10,819 bases of DNA from contig JANOQV010000262.1 in the NCBI GenBank assembly GCA_031414955.1, positions 1 through 10,819 on the forward strand, in the 5' to 3' direction. This DNA comes from Pedosphaera sp. (GTDB taxonomy: Bacteria > Verrucomicrobiota > Verrucomicrobiia > Limisphaerales > SIBH01). The notes below the pieces were generated by a model. The model was not told where the DNA came from, did not search any database, and worked only from the letters and a program-made list of their open reading frames with translations. The position numbers were made by a program, and so were the translations under genes. Shown here piece after piece: positions 6,874 to 10,819 of this stretch (its first letter is position 1; each line of letters begins with the position of its first letter).

Positions 6874-7799
6874 CGGCCTTTTGGAAAAAGCCACGCGCCC
6901 GGCGTCTGCATCTTGCGCCGGTAGAGTTTATCCGAACTGCACGCGTAGAGGTATTCGAGCTTCGGTCCGCCGAAGGCCACGCTCACGGTGCCCTTGTTCT
7001 GCGGACGCGCGATCACGCCACCCATCCGGCCCGTCCAATCAAACATCTGCACGCCCAGCGCGCTCGTCACATACCAGCGGCCCATCGCATCCACCGTCAT
7101 GCCGTCGCCCGCGCTCTCCACGCGATTCGTCGGCGTGCGCGGCGCGGGCACGCGGAGCGTCATGTAAGGTGCCCCGGCGTCCAGCGTGCCGTCGGCCTTC
7201 ACGCGATACGTCCACACGTTGCTCCCGCGATACTCGGACACCCCCAGCGTGCCGCCATCCGGCGAGAGCGAGATGCCGTTCGGCGCGTTTAACTTCGTGG
7301 CCGCGGTGAACACCTTCCCCGCCTTCACGTCGATGCCGGTCACCTGACTCTTGCCCGTCTCGGTGAAATAGACGAAGCCCTGCGCCGACACGGCGAGGTC
7401 GTTCGGTTGCACATCGTCGGCCAGCACGGAAATTTTCTTGTCCGGCAACGCGATGGCGATGACTTGCTTCTTCGGTCCCGGTCCCTGGGTGCAGGCATAG
7501 AGACGGCCATCCGGCCCGAACTTCAACCCGCTCACCTTCGGCCCGCCTTCGAGGAACACCGACACCTTCCCGTCCAGCCCGACCTTGTGCAGCGTGGCCT
7601 TGGGCAGGTCCGAGAAATACACGTTGCCCTCGGCGTCGCTGCACGCGCCATCCGTCATGCCGAAGCCGCCCGCGACTTCCTGCCAGCCCTCGCCCTCGAT
7701 GAGCACTTTGGAAAGCACCTCGTCACCGGCGAGATTTTGCGCCATCAATCGCGCCGCGAGGCAGCCGGTCAGAACCAGGGAGGAAAAAGTTTTTTGCAT
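6870..7799 (-). CDS. SMP-30/gluconolactonase/LRE family beta-propeller protein, probably exported
   Basis: Motifs VYFSD, PNDL...VYFT, PNGISLSPDG, GDGMTVDAMGRWYV and SVAFGG, with a short signal-like N-terminus. Its stop codon overlaps the aroB stop (6870-6873). Confidence 0.9.
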   Translation of the reverse strand: MQKTFSSLVLTGCLAARLMAQNLAGDEVLSKVLIEGEGWQEVAGGFGMTDGACSDAEGNVYFSDLPKATLHKVGLDGKVSVFLEGGPKVSGLKFGPDGRLYACTQGPGPKKQVIAIALPDKKISVLADDVQPNDLAVSAQGFVYFTETGKSQVTGIDVKAGKVFTAATKLNAPNGISLSPDGGTLGVSEYRGSNVWTYRVKADGTLDAGAPYMTLRVPAPRTPTNRVESAGDGMTVDAMGRWYVTSALGVQMFDWTGRMGGVIARPQNKGTVSVAFGGPKLEYLYACSSDKLYRRKMQTPGAWLFPKGR

Positions 7800-7866
7800 G
7801 GGCGCGAGTTCAACGAAGCCTCCCGCCTCTGTCGAGCGGAATGAGGAGGTCGGCCTTAGTAAGGCC

Positions 7867-7965
7867 GCATCTTGAAGGTGCAGCTATCCGAAAGCGGCGC
7901 TCAAGCGACCGATTTCACCCCGCCCAGAGCGTGCGATGGCGGACCGAGCTGGACCTTCAAGATGC
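7867..7965. repeat. 99-bp intergenic element bounded by 19-bp inverted repeats (MITE-, REP- or ncRNA-like)
   Basis: GCATCTTGAAGGTGCAGCT (7867-7885) matches the reverse complement of AGCTGGACCTTCAAGATGC (7947-7965) at 18 of 19 positions. Confidence 0.7.
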
Positions 7966-8043
7966 ACCCCCTCCGCAACCGCCACTTCTTGTCTCGCCGA
8001 TTTTTCCCGTGAGACTTCTCCCGCGGGCTGGCAGGATGCGACG

Positions 8044-8631
8044 GTGAAAGTGCGCGCCCGTCTTTTCCTCGCGCTGGCCGTGTTGATGGTGCTCGCCATC
8101 CTGGCCGGCCAGTGGCGGCGCGCTCACCTGGAATCCAGCCAGGATCGGAACATCCTCGCTTCCGCCCGTAAACACGGCGTCGATCCGGCGCTGATCAAGG
8201 CCGTCATCTGGCGCGAGAGCCGCTTTCATCCAGACGCACGGGGGAGCAAAGGCGAGACGGGGTTGATGCAGATCATGGAGAACACCGGCCTGGAATGGGC
8301 CGGGGCCCAGCGCCGCACCCTGGACGCGCCCTCGGACTTGCTCGACCCGGCCCGCAACATCGAGTGCGGCACCTGGTATTTGCGCAAACTACTCGGCCGT
8401 TATCAGCAGACGGATGATCCCGTGCCCTATGCGCTGGCGGATTACAACGCCGGCCGCGGCAATGTGCTCAAGTGGTTAAAGGAGAGCGCGACCACGAACA
8501 GCGCCGATTTCCTCGGGCGGATTGGATTTCCCTCGACCAGCAATTACGTCCGGTCGGTGATGGCCCGGCGATCTCAATACGTTGAAACATTCCGGGGCGC
8601 GATGGATCAGGCCGGCGTCAATCCTCGGTGA
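8044..8631 (+). CDS. Lytic transglycosylase (SLT domain) with an N-terminal membrane anchor
   Basis: AVIWRESRF (catalytic Glu), GETGLMQIM and ALADYNAGRG; hydrophobic segment LFLALAVLMVLAILAG. GTG 8044 is preferred over 7936, which lies inside the inverted-repeat element. Confidence 0.92.
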   Translation: MKVRARLFLALAVLMVLAILAGQWRRAHLESSQDRNILASARKHGVDPALIKAVIWRESRFHPDARGSKGETGLMQIMENTGLEWAGAQRRTLDAPSDLLDPARNIECGTWYLRKLLGRYQQTDDPVPYALADYNAGRGNVLKWLKESATTNSADFLGRIGFPSTSNYVRSVMARRSQYVETFRGAMDQAGVNPR

Positions 8632-9331
8632 GCTGCTCCATCCGTTCCTGCAACTGCGCCTTGAGCGCGCGCCGCTCCTCCTCCGTGGCCGCGCGTGGCA
8701 CGACCACCGGCCGGCCCACGCGGAATTCGCAGCGCGAAAAGGGCAGCGGCACCTGGAACCGATCCCAGCTCTTCAGACAAAACTTCCAGTTCACCGCAGC
8801 GGACACCGGCAGGATGGGCAGTCCGCTCACCTGAGCCAGGGCGAGGATGCCATCCTGCACCACGTAGCGCGGACCGCGCGGGCCGTCGGGCGTGATGGCG
8901 ACACTGTGGGCGCGCTCCGTCCAGGTGGTCAGCTCGAGCAGCGCCTGCGCGCCGCGCCGGCTGGAGGAACCGCGCACCGCTTCGACCTTGAAGTAGCGCA
9001 TGACCCGCGCCAGCAAGCCGCCGTCGTGGCTGGCGCTGATCAGCGCGACCAGTCCGGCCGTGCGAATTTTATGGTGGCCAAATCTCTCCCACATGGTCAT
9101 GGCCAGCGCGAGGCGGTTGTGCCACAGGCAAAAGATCACCGGTCCATGCGGGACCAGCAGCACGCCCTGGGCATCGACCAGGCGGCAGCGCCAGCTCCAC
9201 GCCAAAAGGCGCACCCCCACGAAGATGAGCAAGGCCGCGAGGTGGTGATGCCACTTCAAGCGGCGCGGCACCACGATCCGTTCGCGACGTTTTGCCGGGG
9301 AGGCGGGCAAGTTGGGAGTGGTCTCGGCCAC
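8618..9331 (-). CDS. DUF374 / lysophospholipid acyltransferase-like protein
   Basis: Motifs IFCLWHNR, LISASHDG, VRGSSSRRG, ITPDGPRGP and SWDRFQVPLPFS. GTG 9331 lies 1 nt after the ruvA stop. The gene overlaps the 3' end of the SLT gene by 14 nt. Confidence 0.9.
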   Translation of the reverse strand: MAETTPNLPASPAKRRERIVVPRRLKWHHHLAALLIFVGVRLLAWSWRCRLVDAQGVLLVPHGPVIFCLWHNRLALAMTMWERFGHHKIRTAGLVALISASHDGGLLARVMRYFKVEAVRGSSSRRGAQALLELTTWTERAHSVAITPDGPRGPRYVVQDGILALAQVSGLPILPVSAAVNWKFCLKSWDRFQVPLPFSRCEFRVGRPVVVPRAATEEERRALKAQLQERMEQLTED

Positions 9332-9332
9332 G

Positions 9333-9941
9333 TCAGGCGCCTTTCTTGAGCGCGGCCCGCACCAGTTGTTCCACGCTGGCCTGCGTCCCGAGCACGGCCT
9401 GCGCGCCGCGCACCGCGTCGTGCGCATCGGGTTGCTTGTAGCCCAGCGCGGTCAGGGCGGCGATGGCGTCGAGGCCGCGCGCGTCTTCGGGCGAAGCCGC
9501 AGTTCGCCCCAGGGTTCCCGGTTCGAGGATGGCGGTCTTGCCCAGCTTGTCGCGCAGTTCGACCACGATGCGTTCGGCGGTCTTCTTGCCCACGCCGCTG
9601 ATCTGGGAAAGCGCCTTTACGTCGCTGGTGGCCACCGCGCTGCGCAACGCGCCCAGGTTGATGCCGCTCAAAATATTCAACGCCGTCTTCGGCCCGATGC
9701 CACTGACCGCGTGGACCAGCAGCCGGAACATGTCGCGCTCGCCCGCCGTCATGAAGCCGTACAGGACATGCGCGTCTTCACGGATGGAAAGGTGAGTGAG
9801 GATGGTCAAATCGCCACCCCGCGCCGGCAGCTTGTCGAAGGACGAGAGCGGGATGAGCACCTCGTAGCCCAAGCCGCCCACGTCCACGATGATTTGCGTG
9901 GGCAGAGCCTCCACCAGTTTGCCGCGTAGGAAATGAATCAT
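9333..9941 (-). CDS. ruvA: Holliday junction branch migration protein RuvA
   Basis: MIHFLRGKL, DVGGLGYEV, REDAHVLYGF, VSGIGPKTAL, ISGVGKKTAERIVVELRDK, and C-terminal ALTALGY...VRAALK. Confidence 0.98.
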   Translation of the reverse strand: MIHFLRGKLVEALPTQIIVDVGGLGYEVLIPLSSFDKLPARGGDLTILTHLSIREDAHVLYGFMTAGERDMFRLLVHAVSGIGPKTALNILSGINLGALRSAVATSDVKALSQISGVGKKTAERIVVELRDKLGKTAILEPGTLGRTAASPEDARGLDAIAALTALGYKQPDAHDAVRGAQAVLGTQASVEQLVRAALKKGA

Positions 9942-9956
9942 GTTCGTGACGTAAAA

Positions 9957-10550
9957 TCAGACGCGCTTGGGTCCGTCCAGACCGTGGCGTGACGTGGTCT
10001 GGGTGTATGCCAGCGCCAGAGCCAGGGCGTCCGCCGCATCCGCCGAGGGAGCCTCCTCCAGACGCAGGAGGCGCTGCACCATCTTGGCCACGGCCAGCTT
10101 CTGGGCCGCGCCATAGCCCACGATGGCCTGCTTCACCTTGCGCGGCGCGATCTCGAAAATCTCCAACCCAGCCTCCGCCGCCACCGCCAGGCTGGCCCCG
10201 CGCGCTTCGCCCATGATGATGGCCGTCTGCAAATTCTGCGCGAAGAACAGCCCTTCCACGATGCAGACCGTGGGCTGAAACTTTTCGATTTGCTCGCGCA
10301 GCGTGCGCGCGATCTGGGCCAGGCAGCGCGAGCGTTCCCACTTCGCCGGGCAGCGCACCGTGCCGTGGGCCAGTGCCTCCGGCTGTCGTTTCTCCAGGCG
10401 GATGATTCCGTAACCCGTGCCTCGCACCGAAGGATCCACACCCAGAATCACCTCGTGCTCCCGCCGCACGACCGGCGCCACAGACTTCGCCCGGCCGGAC
10501 TGGCGGGTGCGGCTTTGAAGCTCCTCGAACTGACGCAGGGTGATGCCCAC
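9957..10550 (-). CDS. ruvC: Crossover junction endodeoxyribonuclease RuvC (start uncertain; frame open to 10613)
   Basis: ILGVDPS, TGYGII, VEGLFF, GEARG, KVKQAIVGYGAAQK and DAADALALA supply the catalytic acidic residues. Directly upstream of ruvA. Confidence 0.96.
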   Translation of the reverse strand: MGITLRQFEELQSRTRQSGRAKSVAPVVRREHEVILGVDPSVRGTGYGIIRLEKRQPEALAHGTVRCPAKWERSRCLAQIARTLREQIEKFQPTVCIVEGLFFAQNLQTAIIMGEARGASLAVAAEAGLEIFEIAPRKVKQAIVGYGAAQKLAVAKMVQRLLRLEEAPSADAADALALALAYTQTTSRHGLDGPKRV

Positions 10551-10722
10551 GCGCGGAAGTGAACACAAACCGCGCGGCGCTGAATACTCATTTTGCGAAT
10601 CGGGCGCCGCCACACCCGGTGGTCCCCCGCATCGAACGAGGTCGGACTGGGGGACGAAGATGGAGGCAGGAAGGAAGCAGGGCCGTGCTCATGACTAAGA
10701 GCTTGTCTGAAAATTCGGAGGC

Positions 10723-10819
10723 GGAGTGCGCCGGTCCTCGGGCGCAGCAACGTGATGACTTGGAGCGCGTCGGAAAAATCCATACCCGCTTGTGTTCGCA
10801 GGTTGCTGCGCCCGAGGAC
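10723..10819 (-). repeat. REP doublet family B, copy 5 (opposite orientation, diverged, cut by the right window edge)
   Basis: GGAGTGCGCCGGTCCTCGGGCGCAGCAAC, 50-nt spacer (10752-10801), GTTGCTGCGCCCGAGGAC. The spacer start GTGATG...GCGTC resembles the reverse complement of the spacer ends of copies 1-4. Confidence 0.85.

Noticed and set aside
9957..10550. RuvC as a TnpB/Cas12-like nuclease partnered with the Y1 transposase
   Set aside because: It is a canonical short Holliday junction resolvase adjacent to ruvA and 7 kb from the RAYT, with no TnpB zinc finger or other TnpB domains.
10622..10655. GTCCCCC/GGGGGAC stem upstream of ruvC
   Set aside because: A 7-bp stem with a 20-nt loop and no U-tract is too weak to call a terminator or RNA element.

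Overview
GC-rich bacterial DNA. The gene repertoire (DUF1592-type cytochrome, Ig-domain protein ending in an 'S/TxxL..W...FYR' domain) suggests Verrucomicrobiota; this is an inference. The left ~3.3 kb is accessory. It holds a REP-associated tyrosine transposase (RAYT, HUH/Y1; ~1947-2642) bracketed by ~110-bp REP doublets (REPIN-like). Two more copies of the same doublet bracket a secreted S1-type serine protease with a low-GC catalytic domain, and an inverted pair of a second palindromic repeat family encloses that unit. A 5'-truncated Ig-domain gene starts exactly at the edge of the fourth doublet. The rest is mostly ordinary: a PA14/DUF1592 di-heme cytochrome c (-), aroB (+), an SMP-30/gluconolactonase (-), an SLT lytic transglycosylase (+) and a ruvC-ruvA-DUF374 operon (-). 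A fifth, inverted REP doublet runs off the right edge. The best candidate for an undescribed system is a RAYT/REPIN module carrying a REPIN-bounded cargo gene.
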